A stretch of 64,000 bases of DNA from an uncultured Akkermansia sp. (GTDB lineage Bacteria; Verrucomicrobiota; Verrucomicrobiia; Verrucomicrobiales; Akkermansiaceae): the NCBI GenBank assembly GCA_947631435.1, contig CANRLM010000002.1, positions 6,522-70,521 of the forward strand. Direction: 5' to 3'. Below the pieces are notes generated by a model. It was not told the origin of the DNA, did not search any database, and saw only the letters and a program-made list of their open reading frames with translations. A program made the translations under genes and the position numbers. The stretch's first letter is position 1. The number at the start of each line of letters is the position of its first letter. Of the stretch, positions 8,163 through 20,400 are shown piece by piece.

Positions 8163-9413
8163 TCATTCGCCGATTTTGACGGAAGATTTTTTCGTCTCCC
8201 CTTGCTGAGGAGTAAAGGCTCTGTCCAATGCTGTCTGCAGCTGCATATCCGGGTAGCCGGTAAACAGAATGCGGCAGGAAGGGCTGAGCAACACGGCGTG
8301 CGGAAGCTGCCGTACCCGGTAGGCGGTGGCAGCCGTGCCTTTTGGGTCGTCTGCGTAGCTCACGGCGATTTCCTGCTCCCTGAGCATGGCGCTCAGTTGC
8401 TCGGGCTCCATGTGTTGCACGATGGGACAGACGACGAGGTTCGGGTAGCGCTTCAAGAGAGCCTGCTGTTTTTGCATCACAGTGAGCCCCACGTCTTCCG
8501 TCGGACTCCAGAAAAAGAGCAGGGTGTGTTTTCCGGGGGATGGGAAGACACTGGGCGTGCCATCCGGGGCTGTGAGGGTGACCTGCGGCGGAATGGCGCC
8601 GACGGAGAGGCGGCGGATGCGGTAAATTTGCTCCTGCGCGACCTCGGTGAGGGAGGCGTTGCCGAAAGATGCATCCTCCGGGGATGTATTGAGAGCCTGG
8701 CGGATGAGGAAGATGCGTTTGGCGCGGATCTGCGCCTGCCCTCCCTCTTCTGCGGCGAGGCTTGGGTTGGAGAGCATGATGCTCATCGCGAGAGCCGCAG
8801 CCCCCCTGGCGGTCGGATCCTCATTCTTCTCGTAGATTTTTTTTATCACGTCATAAACCTGCTCGTCGGTGTTTTCCGCGAAGCGTGGGCAAAGTTCAGC
8901 GACGAGCGGAGAAGAGTAGTGCTTGTTGAGCACGGAATCCAGCAGGTTGTGCGCGGTATGAGCCAGCTTTTGCGGGGCATCCGGAAACAGCCTGGCAAGC
9001 GCGTCCGGATGGCTGAGCAGCCACACGACAGCCGGGGCAGCCCAATCCTCTTCGAACTCATACGTGGGCGCCTGACGGGTGGCGGAAGGCTTGGTGTTTT
9101 CGGCTTTGCGGAGTGAAGCAGGGGGCGTTACGGGTACCTCCTTCGTGCCGGTTTTGGTACGCACAGATTTCCAGAGGGCTGCCGCCGCTTCATCCGTGGA
9201 CGGGGGGATAATGGCGGCTCGCTGTTCATCCGTGGTGGCCAGACTGAGAGCGGCGCGATATTCCGCCTCCTGCTGTGAGATGCGGGCGAGGGCGGCGCGC
9301 ATCTCCTGCTCGTCGGCAAAGGCCGGAGAAAGTGAGGCGGCGAGAAATGCGATGAACCCTGTGCAGAGGATGCACGGATGACAAAGCAGACGAGCTGTGC
9401 GGGTGGTACTCAT
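8163..9413 (-). CDS. Exported protein with helical N-terminal region and C-terminal TlpA/thioredoxin-like fold lacking CxxC
   Basis: Signal peptide ending PAFA-DE; C-terminus VTLTAPDG...KHTLLFFWSPTED...AYRVRQLPHAVLLSPSCRILFTG matches the Trx-like pattern. Confidence 0.7.
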   Translation of the reverse strand: MSTTRTARLLCHPCILCTGFIAFLAASLSPAFADEQEMRAALARISQQEAEYRAALSLATTDEQRAAIIPPSTDEAAAALWKSVRTKTGTKEVPVTPPASLRKAENTKPSATRQAPTYEFEEDWAAPAVVWLLSHPDALARLFPDAPQKLAHTAHNLLDSVLNKHYSSPLVAELCPRFAENTDEQVYDVIKKIYEKNEDPTARGAAALAMSIMLSNPSLAAEEGGQAQIRAKRIFLIRQALNTSPEDASFGNASLTEVAQEQIYRIRRLSVGAIPPQVTLTAPDGTPSVFPSPGKHTLLFFWSPTEDVGLTVMQKQQALLKRYPNLVVCPIVQHMEPEQLSAMLREQEIAVSYADDPKGTAATAYRVRQLPHAVLLSPSCRILFTGYPDMQLQTALDRAFTPQQGETKKSSVKIGE

Positions 9414-9435
9414 GGCACAGAGGGCACAGGAGAGC

Positions 9436-10929
9436 TTACTTCTCTTCGATGTGCACGTCGTATTCCTTCCCCATGATGTTGAGTTTCATATCGTGCCCGG
9501 AGATAGCGGCAGCCACGCCCACGGAGGTGAGAGCAACGGGGGCGCCGTAATTCTCCTGCTTCTTGGCGGTGGGAGGCTCAGGGCGCTTGCCGGCGTAGTA
9601 ATCCTCCAGCTGCTGGGGGAACATGGCATAAATCACACAGTTCTCGTCCGTAGTGGGAATGCCTTTTTCTGCAAGTTTGGCGCGCAGGTTTTCCATGTCC
9701 GGCTTGATGAGGTCTGCCGGGCGGCAGGTGATGGGATCCTTGCCTGCCTTTTTGGCGCAAAGAGACTGAAGCTCCGGATCCACCGGGGCAGGGGTGTGCC
9801 CGTAATAGCCCAGCGCCACGTCTGCACACTGCGGGGTGATATTCTTCCAGCGACCGAATTTCACGTTCATCATAGCCTGTACGCCCACGATCTGCGAGGT
9901 CGGCGTGACGAGGGGAATCCAGCCCAACGCCTCACGCACCACGGGAATCTCGGCAAAGACCTCTTCAAACTTATCGCTCATATTCATTTCCTTGAGCTGG
10001 TTGCGGAAGTTGGAGAGCATACCGCCCGGCACCTGGTAGCGCAGCGTGTCGCTGTTCACAATCTCGTTTTTGTGGCTCGTGAAGCGACTGAGACTGTCGT
10101 AGATGGGCTGCAGCATCGTGGAAATCTGCGTGAGCTTCTCCTTGAAATCCGCCGCCACCACCGGGCAACGATCATACCCCTGCAACAGCGCCAGCATGCG
10201 CATGCAGTCCGGTTGCCCCGTGCCATTGGCAAACGGAGCAATGGAACAGTCCACCGCATCTGCTCCTGCTTTGATGCCCGCCACGTACGAAGCGGCGCCG
10301 AGACCGGCCGTCTCGTGCGTATGTATCCAGACGGGCAGACCGACTTTCGCCTTCAGCTCGCTCACGAGGGCTGCCGTCTCATGGGGGGGGATGAGCCCCG
10401 CCATGTCCTTGATGACGATGCCATCTGCTCCCATTTCAGCAATTTTCTTGCCGAGGGAGGCAAAATATTCGAGATTGTGGACGGGGGAAGTGGTGTAGCA
10501 GATGGTGCCGTGGGCGGTCGCGCCGGCCTCTTTTGCTGCGCGGATGGAGGTGCGCATGTTCTCCGGATCATTCAGGCAGTCAAAAATGCGGAAGATGTTC
10601 ATGCCGTGCTTCGCGCTGAGCTTCACGAAGGCTTCCACGACGTCGTCGGCGTAGTTCGTGTAGCCCACCATGTTCTGCCCACGCAGCAGCATCATATGCG
10701 GAGTGGTCGGCGCAAGTTTCTTGAGGGTATTGAGGCGTTCAAAAGGCAATTCTCCCAGGAAACGAAGCCCCGCATCGATAGAGGCGCCGCCCCATGTTTC
10801 GAGGGCCGAGAATCCCATGGTGTCAAGGATAGGGGCAATGGGCAGCATTTGCTCGGTGGACATACGGGTGGCGGCCAGCGATTGGTGACCGTCTCGCAAA
10901 ACAGTGCAGTTGAATGTAGCTGGTTTCAT
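9436..10929 (-). CDS. Carboxyltransferase subunit (pyruvate carboxylase subunit B / oxaloacetate decarboxylase alpha / transcarboxylase 5S family)
   Basis: RDGHQSL, ETWGGA, MLLRGQNMVGY, IKDMAG, HTH metal motif, QVPGGMLSN, PLVTPTSQIVG; no biotinyl (AMKM) domain. Confidence 0.9.
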   Translation of the reverse strand: MKPATFNCTVLRDGHQSLAATRMSTEQMLPIAPILDTMGFSALETWGGASIDAGLRFLGELPFERLNTLKKLAPTTPHMMLLRGQNMVGYTNYADDVVEAFVKLSAKHGMNIFRIFDCLNDPENMRTSIRAAKEAGATAHGTICYTTSPVHNLEYFASLGKKIAEMGADGIVIKDMAGLIPPHETAALVSELKAKVGLPVWIHTHETAGLGAASYVAGIKAGADAVDCSIAPFANGTGQPDCMRMLALLQGYDRCPVVAADFKEKLTQISTMLQPIYDSLSRFTSHKNEIVNSDTLRYQVPGGMLSNFRNQLKEMNMSDKFEEVFAEIPVVREALGWIPLVTPTSQIVGVQAMMNVKFGRWKNITPQCADVALGYYGHTPAPVDPELQSLCAKKAGKDPITCRPADLIKPDMENLRAKLAEKGIPTTDENCVIYAMFPQQLEDYYAGKRPEPPTAKKQENYGAPVALTSVGVAAAISGHDMKLNIMGKEYDVHIEEK

Positions 10930-10940
10930 AGTATGGGCTC

Positions 10941-10969
10941 ATACTACCACACCTTCCCGCGAAGAGCAA
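10941..10969 (-). promoter_or_regulatory. Sigma70-type promoter of the carboxyltransferase gene
   Basis: Minus strand TTGCTC-17 bp-TAGTAT with TGn; ATG 11 nt downstream. Confidence 0.45.
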
Positions 10970-11151
10970 GGAGATTCAGGGCAATACCGGAGCGAATGCA
11001 TTAGGAAGGCGTTTGTACTGAATGAGATATGAATCAACAAGTCAGTGAAACAACACCGCAGGTCACGTTCAGAGCGCTAAAATCCTGTTTTGTCGGTGAT
11101 TCTGTTTCTTCTTCTTGATTATAAATTATTAATGAGTGTTTTTGACTGCAT

Positions 11152-11170
11152 ATCTCTTTTTGAAAGAGAT
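11152..11170. promoter_or_regulatory. Palindromic operator copy 1: ATCTCTTT-TTG-AAAGAGAT
   Basis: Perfect 8-3-8 inverted repeat in the AT-rich region upstream of the autotransporter. Confidence 0.75.
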
Positions 11171-11376
11171 GAGCAAGTCTAGATGCATTTGTCTCCGCTT
11201 TTTTGAGGTAGAAATTATTTATAAATTATTGATGGTAAAACAATTAATTTTATTAAGAAGGAATGATGTTTTTCTCAGGCGATTGATCAAAATGGTAAGG
11301 TGCACTCGTCAAATCAACTTCGTCAAAACTCTGTAATGTGTTCAAAATCATAGGGAATTATTGTTCCTTGTGAGGC

Positions 11377-11395
11377 ATCTCTTTCAAAAAGATAT
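11377..11395. promoter_or_regulatory. Palindromic operator copy 2: ATCTCTTT-CAA-AAAGATAT
   Basis: One mismatch to the consensus; overlaps TATAAT at 11393-11398; about 70 bp upstream of the ATG. Confidence 0.7.
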
Positions 11396-11466
11396 AATCA
11401 CTTCGTGCGCGCGGGACGCGCGCGAGTTTTTTTTGCCGATCATTGAATTCAACCCATTTTTTCGCC

Positions 11467-14400
11467 ATGAAACTTCATTTGCCTCTTGCTCTCCGAGCTG
11501 CTCTGCTGGCTGTCCTTTGCGCCACACAGGTTTGGGCAGAACGAACGCTGACCATTGATGGCAAAAGACAGAATAATTGGGATGGTGATGATGGTGTTAT
11601 TGAGTCGGCGATAAGTGGAGGAAACGTCTTCGAGATTACCTTATCGGGGGGTGATACCTCTAATGAGTTGGAGATAAAGGACGGAGGGATTATACCCTTC
11701 TACGGTCGAGCAACGATTACGGTGAATGATGGTGGCATATTCACGCAGAGCGGAGGGTATATGGGATACTACGACGGTCTAGCAACGATCGTAGTGAATA
11801 GTGGTGGCGAGTTTACGCAGAGTGGAGGGTATATAGCATACTACTACGACGCTCAAGCAACGATTACAGTGGATGGTGGCATATTCACGCAAAGCGGAGG
11901 GAAAATAGCCTACTTCCGAGACACTAAAGCGACGATTACAGTGAGTCATGGCGGCACCTTCACGAGTACTGAGAGCTATGTGGGAAGCTCTGGCACTGTG
12001 GCGATTATAGTGAATGATGATGGCAGTGCGTTTACGCAGAAAGGAGGGTATATAGGATACGATCACAGCAAGGTGACGATTGATGTGAAGGATGGTGGCG
12101 AGTTTACGCAGAGTGGGGATATAGCCTACTTCCCCGACTCCAGTGCAACGATTACAGTGGATGGTGGCATATTCACGCAGAGCGAAGGGTCTCTGGGACG
12201 CTCGAGCCAACACGTGACGATTGATGTGAAGGATGGTGATGTGAAGGATGGTGGCAAGTTTACGCAGAATGGGGGGTATATAGCCTATGGCAGTGGTTCC
12301 AGTGCAACGATTACGGTGAAGGATGGTGGCGAGTTTACACAGAGTGGAGGGTACATAGCCTATGGCAGTGGTTCCAGTGCAACGATTACAGTGGATAGCG
12401 ACGGCGAGTTCACGAGCACGGGAGGCGATTTGGGATACGAAGGTAGTGTGACGATTGATGTGAAAAAAGGCGGCAATTTTAGTAAAAGCGGTGGATACAT
12501 AAGGAACGGTACGATCACAGTGGAGGAGGGCGGCAAGTTTACGTTGAGCGAGAATGCAACCATAGCGAACTGGAAAACGATGACCGTCAATGGTGACTTT
12601 GTGCAGGAAGGGGGGACGATTGATAGTGGTCCGATTACCATCGGTGAAGGCGGTGTCTACGACATGTCAGGAGGGACGAATGGCGCATCTGTTACGGTGA
12701 AGGCGGGCGGCAATTATAACTACAGTGGCGGGACGATAGAGTCGTCGAGCTTCAACGTGGAGGACGGTGGGTACTTTAATTTGGTAGAGAACGCGAATTA
12801 TACGCACCAGACGACATTGCGTGGGGGCCTATATTTATCGCTTGGGAGCGGTCATATTACCGTGAATGACAGCGCGACCTATGACTTGGCTAACGAGAAG
12901 GGGACGCTGGACATCATCATGCGTGGTGGGAGGTTGACCAACGCGGGGAGCTACGAGAAGAACGTGAGGATCGACACGGGTGCGGACTACAGCGGGGAGG
13001 TGTCGCTGGGCGGGCTGGATGCAGCGCGCATTAAGAGCGTGAAGATAGCAAGAGCCGACACCCGCATCACCGGCATGGCGAGCGGGAGTACACTCACTTT
13101 TTCGGGAGAAAATTCCATCGCATGTGGAGAGGCAAGTAGAGATGCGGAGAAAGCCATATTGCAATTTGAAGGAGGGAAAGGCTCTTTATCCTTTGGTTGG
13201 ACTTCATCTTTGAACATCAAATTCAATTGGAAGGAGTTGACCCAAGATGTTGAATACTGGCTCACTAATGCCAGTGATGTAACCGGGTGGGAGAACGCAA
13301 TCCAAAGTTTGGGATTAGAAATTTCTCTTGAACAGGAGGAGGGAAAAGGATGGAAATTGACAGCATCGGGGGGGGATAAGCTCTGGATCGCCTCGTCCGA
13401 TGGGGTAAGTGTCAATGAAGCTTCACAATTGGGCAATTATACCTCCGGTGTGATTGTGGATCGGGCCATGACTTTAACCCTGTCCACTCCCGGCGCAACC
13501 AAGGCATATTACTTAACGGATGATGACACCGGGAGTGGTTTTCAGGTGAACGGCGCCGAGGGAGTGATTGTAGAATTGACCAATCCCCATGAATTCTCTC
13601 AATCAACGATGGCGGGCGATATAACGGTCACCGGCGGGGCAGAGTTGCGTAAAACGGGCGCCGGAGTTTTCACTTTCTCCGGCACTCTTTCCACTGATGG
13701 TGAGTTGGTGATTCAAGAGGGAAGGTTCAACCAGAGTGGAGGGTATATTGCCAGCGACTCCAGCGCAACGATTACAGTGGAAGGTGGCACATTCACGCAG
13801 AGTGGAGGGTATATTGCCAGCGACTCCAGCGCAACGATTACAGTGGAAGGTGGCACATTCACGCAGAGTGGAGGGTATATTGCCAGCGACTCCAGCGCAA
13901 CGATTACAGTGGAAGGTGGCGCATTCACGCAGAGTGGAGGGTATATTGCCTACAACAACGGCTCCAGCGCAACGATTACAGTGGAAGGTGGCACATTCAC
14001 GCAGAGAAGCGGAGGGTATATTGCCTACGAGAAAGGTTCTAAAGCAACGATTACGGTGAATGGTGGCAAGTTCACGAGTACGGGAGGCGATTTGGGATAC
14101 GATGGTAGTGTGACGATTGATGTGAAGATAGACGGCAATTTTAGTAAGAGCGGTGGGTACATAAGGAATGGTACGATCACAGTGGAGGATGGAGGGAAGT
14201 TTACGTTGAGCGGGAGTGCAACCATATCGTACGGAAGAACGATGACCATCAAGGGCAACTTTGTGCAGGAGGGAGGAAAGTTTTACCAGTGGGACAGCAC
14301 AACAAAGCTTACCATTGAGGAAGGCGGCGTCTATGCCATGTCGGGTGGGACGTACAACGTGACAACTACGGTGAAGACGGGCGGCAATTATAACTACAGC

Positions 14401-17400
14401 GGCGGGACGATAGGGTCGTCAAGTTTCACCGTGGAGGACGGTGGATATTTTAATTTGGTGAAGAACGAGAACTATACGCACTCGACGGCATTGAAAGGGG
14501 CGGGGCATATTACCGTGAATGACCGTGCGACATATGACTTGAACGGCAGTAAGGGGACGCTGGACATCATCATGCGCGGCGGGAAGTTGACCAACGCGGG
14601 GAGCTACACGCACAACGCGAGGATCGACACGGGTGCGGACTACAGCGGGGAGGTGTCGCTGGGAGGGCTGAATGCAGCGCGGATTGAGAGCGTGACGATA
14701 GCGGGAGCCGCCACCAGCATCACCGGGATGGCGAGCGGGAGTACGCTCAGCTTCCACAAGGGGGACAGCATCACCGTGGGCAGCGGGCATATGAGTGATG
14801 CAGGTGAGGAGGCGAGCGACGGGTATATTCTGAACTTTACGGGCGACAGTGGGAACGTAGCCTTTGTGGAGGATGGCGCGGTGGTGCTGAACTTTGCTGC
14901 CGGGGTATTTGATGATGTGATGGGTAAGGGAAACTTCAAGAAGAAGATATGGCTGACAAATGGAACCATCGATGGTGTGTCGACGGAAGATTTAGAGAGC
15001 AGGCTAAAAGAGCATTTTGTGCTGGGCGCCGGGTTGGAGGACTTGAGCCTGAAGTATATCGAAGATGTGGATGGTGGCAAGCTTCTTTTGTATGGCAATG
15101 CGGATGGCATCTGGATAGCTTCGCGCAACGGGCAGGAGGTGACAAGCGTCACGCGCCTCGACAAGTTCAACCAGGTGCAGGCGGATGTGGCTCTGACGCT
15201 GAAACCCGGGGAGGCGGGGACGATGCACGTGCGGCAGCTGCAGAGCGACGGAAGGAAGGGGGACCTGATCGTGGTGAGTGTGGCGGGACTGACGGTGCAG
15301 CTGGAGAATGAGCACACGGATGAGACCGGGATCAACGGGGACACGGTTTTCGGTGGGGATATCCGCGTGAAGGAAGGGGGCGGAGCGACAGCCATTCTGG
15401 AGAAGACCGGGAGCGCATCGCTCACGGTGAGTGGCAACGTGACCACGGGCGGTGTGGTGCAGGTGAGCGCAGGGACGCTTGCGCTGGAGGGGGCAGGGAA
15501 CAGTATCGGATCACTGGCTATGGGCGGCACGGATGAGGACGGAAATGAGACGAGCGGTACATTGCAGGTGGACGGAACGCTCACCCTGACGGGGACGAGC
15601 GTTATGACGGAGGAGAGCCAAGGGAGCATCACCGGCACGGGCGATCTGAAGATGGGCACGGGTGCGAGCCTTACACTGGACGGGTCGGTGAGCTACAGCG
15701 TGAGCAACACGACGCTGGAAGGGGAAGCGGCGTTCACGAACAACAGCAGCAGCGCGATGCAGGGGGACTTCCGGTTGCAGGACAGCGCGCGGCTGGGCAT
15801 CGGCAGCGCGGGGGCGAGCGGCAGCGTTTCCCTGCAAGATAAGGCTGTGCTGGACCTGGGCAACGCGGGGGCGAGCGGACTGACCGTGACGATGCAGGGT
15901 GGGCAGCTGGCGAATGGCGGGAGTTTTCAGGGGCATGTGGCGGTGCAGACGGGGAGCTCGTACAGCGGGGAGATCAAGTTGGGCGGGGTGGATGCCGCGT
16001 GCATCACGAGCATTAACACGCAGGGGAGCGGCACGTACCTCTCGGGTCTGAAAGCGGGAAGTACACTGACCCTGAGCGGCGAGAACAGCATGGCGGTGAG
16101 TACGGACAACTTGAATTATGCGGGGTCGAGCAACACCTGTCTCATCCAATTTGAAGGGAGCAGTGGCACGATTGCCTTTGCGGAGGGGAAGGACAATAAC
16201 GTAGGGTTCCTGCTGAACTTGGATGCGGAGGTGATAGCTGCACTGCGCAAGCAGGAGAAGGGCGTGGAGCTCTACTTCACCAACGGGCAGATCACGGGCG
16301 CACCGGATGAGGAGGATGCGCAGGAATGGAGGGACTGGGTGGCGCAGCATATCCACTTCACAGAGACGCTGGAGAACCTCGGCTACGCTGTGGTGGGTAT
16401 CGATGGAGGTAAGTTGCTCATCAGCGGCAGCACGAAGGACGTGTATTTCGTGAGGGCAGAGGGAGCTCTGGTGGATAGACCGCTGAGGCTCGGACGCTAC
16501 GACGCCGTAGTGGTGGATGAGACTCTCACTCTGGACTTCAATGTGGCTGAAGAGCCGGCAGAGAACAGCGTGATCCACAACCTGCGCAGCGAGGCTTCGG
16601 ATGCATCCGGTGACCTGATCGTCAACAAATCGGGCGAGGAGGCGCTGACCCTCGAGCTGAACAACACGGAGGACAGCAATTTTCTTGCAGCGTCGTCCGG
16701 CGGGGGAGGCAACCTGACGGTGACGGTGGGGTCGGGTGCCGGAGCCCTGACCCTGATCAAGACAGGGGCGAATAAATTGACGGTGGGGGGCAACCTGACG
16801 ACTCCCGGTGCGCTGGAGGTGCAGGAAGGCGCACTGGAACTAGGGAGTGCGGCGAGCAGCGTGGGGTCGCTGGGGGTGAAGGATGGTGCGGAGCTTGTGT
16901 TGTCGAGCGATGCGAAATTGTACATGGGGAACGACGCATTGGCGACGGGCAGCATCAGCGGACCGGGTGAGCTAGATTGGGACGGTGAGCTTTCGCTGTC
17001 CGGTACGGTTAAACTGGACGGGGTGAAGCTGGATATGGAAGATGGGGAGAGTCTGAAAATAAACGGCGTGACCGTGAGGATGGGCAATGGGCAGATAGGC
17101 GGGACGGAGCTTACGGAAGTGAACGTGACGAACGGAGGCGAGTTTGAGCTGAAAGAAGGCAACATCGACAGAGCAGGGACGAGGGTGAGCGTGGATGGCG
17201 CCGACTTCACGCAGAGCGGAGGGTACATCGGGGAAGGAGCGCAATTCGAGCTCAAGAACAAGGCGACCCTGACCCAGAGTGGGGGACAGATCGCGGGCGG
17301 GACCTTCTCCCTGAGCGGCGGGACGACCATGCGTCAGGGAGGTGCCATCACCGGCGGGACTTTCACGTTGAGCGGCACGGGAACGGGCATTACGCAGACG

Positions 17401-20400
17401 GGAGGCACGATCAGCGGGAAGGCGGCGTTCACCCTGAACGCCGGGACGACGATGACGCAGAGCGGGGGAGAGATCCAGAACGGGAGCTTCTCCCTCAACG
17501 GCGCCGGCCTCACGCAGGAAACGGACGGCAGGATCTCCGGCGGTGAATTTACGCTGAGTGAGGGAGTCACGATGAGCCAGTCGGGAAGCATCACGGGCGG
17601 CACGTACGGATTGAGCGGCGGGACGATCATGAGTCAGGGAGGCGACATCTCCGGCGGGACTTTCACGCTGAGCGGCACGGGAACGAGCGTTACGCAGGCG
17701 GAAGGTGCGATCAGCGGGGAGGCGTCGTTCACCCTGAACGCCGGGACGGCAATGACGCAGAACGGAGGTGAAATTCAAAGCGGAAGCTTTTCTCTCAGCG
17801 GCGCCAGCCTCACGCAGAGAGCAAGCGGCATCATCTCTGGCGGAGCCTTTACGCTGAGTGGGGGTGCAACGATGACGGCGAGTGGCAGCATCACGGGCGG
17901 GAGCATGGAGCTGAGCGGGACGGGGACGAGCTTCACGCAGAGCGCGGGAAGTATCAGTGAAGGTGTAGAGATCACGCTCAAGAACGGAGCGAAGCTCGCC
18001 CTGAGCGGAGGGAGCATGGGCGGCAGCGTGACCCTGGAGGGCACAGCGAGCAGCTACAACATGGGAGGTCAGGCGGCAGGTGGCAGCGTGTTGATGAAGG
18101 GTGGGAAACTGGAGAACGCCGGAGCATTTGCGGGCAAGCTGAGCATTGAAACCGGGGACACGTACACGGAAGCCCTGGATCTGGGCGGGGTGGATGCCGC
18201 GCGCATCACCAAGGTCGTGATGGGTTCCTCTCAGACCGAGCTGCATGGGTTGAAGAGTGGCAGCACGCTCACCTTCAGTGAGAGTGCGAGCAAGATGGTG
18301 GTGGGCAGCGAACACATCGCGCAAGGGGACGCGACCGGGACAGCCATGGTGCAGTTTGAGGGAGAGTCCGGCAACATCGCCTTTACGAACGAAGGCGAGC
18401 TGCTGCTGCATCTGGAGAGCGAGGTGCTGGAGGGCATCGAGGGGCAGAAAGAAATTGTCTTTACCAACGGCAGCTTCAGCGGAATGCCCGGGGGGCAGGA
18501 GAAGTTGGAAGAGTGGTTGGCGAAGCATTTCGTGCTGGAGACCGGGATGGAGGGGATCAAGATCGAGGTGCTGCTGCTGGATGACGTGCACGGTGGGCGT
18601 CTGGTACTCACGGGCAGCACGAGCGGGATATGGCTCACATCCCGCAATGGGCAGAGCGTGGATGTGGTGGATCGGCTGAATCACTACAGCGCGGTGGTGG
18701 TGGACAAGGATTTGACCCTCAAACTGCCCGACACAGCGGAGGAGAATCCCACCATCGTGAAGCAGCTGCAGAACCGTGAGGGTCAGGGTGACTTTATCAT
18801 ACAGACGGAGGGGGGAGCCACAGCCAATCACACCGTGCAGCTGAACAATGTCCACACGGACGAGGAGACGCAGAATGGCGACACGGACTTCTACGGAAAT
18901 ATCCGCGTGGATGGGACGGGTCTGGAAGCCGCTGCCCTCGAGAAAACGGGCAATGCTCAGTTGACCATGCATGGGGACGTGACCACCGGCGGTGTGGTGC
19001 AGCTGAGTGAAGGTACGCTGAAGCTGGCGGGGGCGGGGAACGGCATCGGCGCTCTCGCCATGAACGGTGGCGAGCTGGACGTGGCAGGTACGCTCGAGTT
19101 GACCGGAAGCACGGCGATGACGGGGGCGAGTACGGGCACCATCACGGGCGAGGGCACGGTGGAGATGGGGAGCGGGGCGAGTCTCACTCTGGCGGGGGCG
19201 GTGAGCTACACGGTGCAGAACACGGGACTCACCGGCGGCGCGCAGATGAGGCAGCAAGAGGGTAGTTCGATCATCACAGGAGGGAGCTTCCTATTGAGCG
19301 GGACGGGGACGGTATTCGTGCAAGAGGGCGGTAGCATCAGCGAGACGAATTTTACGCTGAAGGATGGAGCCAACATGCAGGTGGGTGGGGAGATCGTCGA
19401 CGGCACCTTCACGCTGAATGCCGGGACGACGATGACGGCGAGTGGCAGCATCACGGGTGGGAGCATGGAGCTGAGCGGCTCGGGGACGATCTTCACGCAG
19501 AGCGAGGGCAGCATGGATGAGAAAACCACATTTTCGCTGAAGGACGGGGCAAAGCTCGTCCTGGCCGGCGGGAGTATGGCGGGCAGCGTGACCCTGGAGG
19601 GCGCGGCGAGCGTTTACGACATGGGAGGACAGACGGCGGGAGGCAACGTGGTGATGAAGGGCGGGAGACTGGAGAACGCCGGGGAATTTGCCGGGAAGTT
19701 GTCCATTCAGACGGCGGAGAGCTACAGCGGGGAGATCAAACTGGGTGGAGTGGATGCGGCACGCATCACGAACATTCGGCTTGGGGCAGCCGGTACGTAT
19801 CTCACGGAGCTGAAGGAGGGCAGCACGCTGACCTTGCGCGGGGAGAACAGCCTGGTGGTGGATTGCAACCAGTTCAATTATACCGACACCTCGCCCTCAT
19901 ACCTCATCCGGTTTGAGAATGAAAGCGGCAGCGTAACCTTCGCGGAGGATGTGGAAGGAGGCAGCGTGGGTGTGTGGCTCAAGCTCAGCGCCAAGGAGAT
20001 AGCCACTCTGCGGCAGCTCGGCGGCGCGGCGGAATTCTACTTCACCAACGGGCAGATTACGGGTGCGCCGGATGAGGTGGATTCGCCGCAATGGAGGGAG
20101 TGGGTAGCGAGCCATTTCCACTTCACCAAAACGCTGGAGAGTCTCGGCTTTGCTGTGGTGGGTATTGATGGAGGTAAGTTGCTCATCAGCGGCAGCACGG
20201 CGGATATCTATATCGTCACTGCCCATGGACGGGAGCCCGTGACGAGTCCGCTGCAGCTCGGGCGCTATGCCGCTGTGGTGGTGGATGATGACCTCACTCT
20301 GGATTTCGACGTGGATGAAGAGCCGGCAGAGAATAGCGTGATCCACAACCTGAGCAGCGGAGCCGAGAATGAAACCGGTGACCTGATCGTCAGCAAATCG

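Noticed and set aside
5868-11004. Long opposite-strand ORFs over the methyltransferase, glyQS, thioredoxin-like and carboxyltransferase genes (e.g. 9397-11004 +, 8202-9116 +)
   Set aside because: They fully overlap well-supported genes on the other strand.
13732-14001. CRISPR-like array
   Set aside because: Units are contiguous, in-frame coding repeats without unique spacers; no cas genes.
11728-14070. Diversity-generating retroelement acting on the variable loops (one unit has AAC AAC codons)
   Set aside because: Differences between units include non-adenine changes and indels, and no reverse transcriptase or separate template repeat is in the window.
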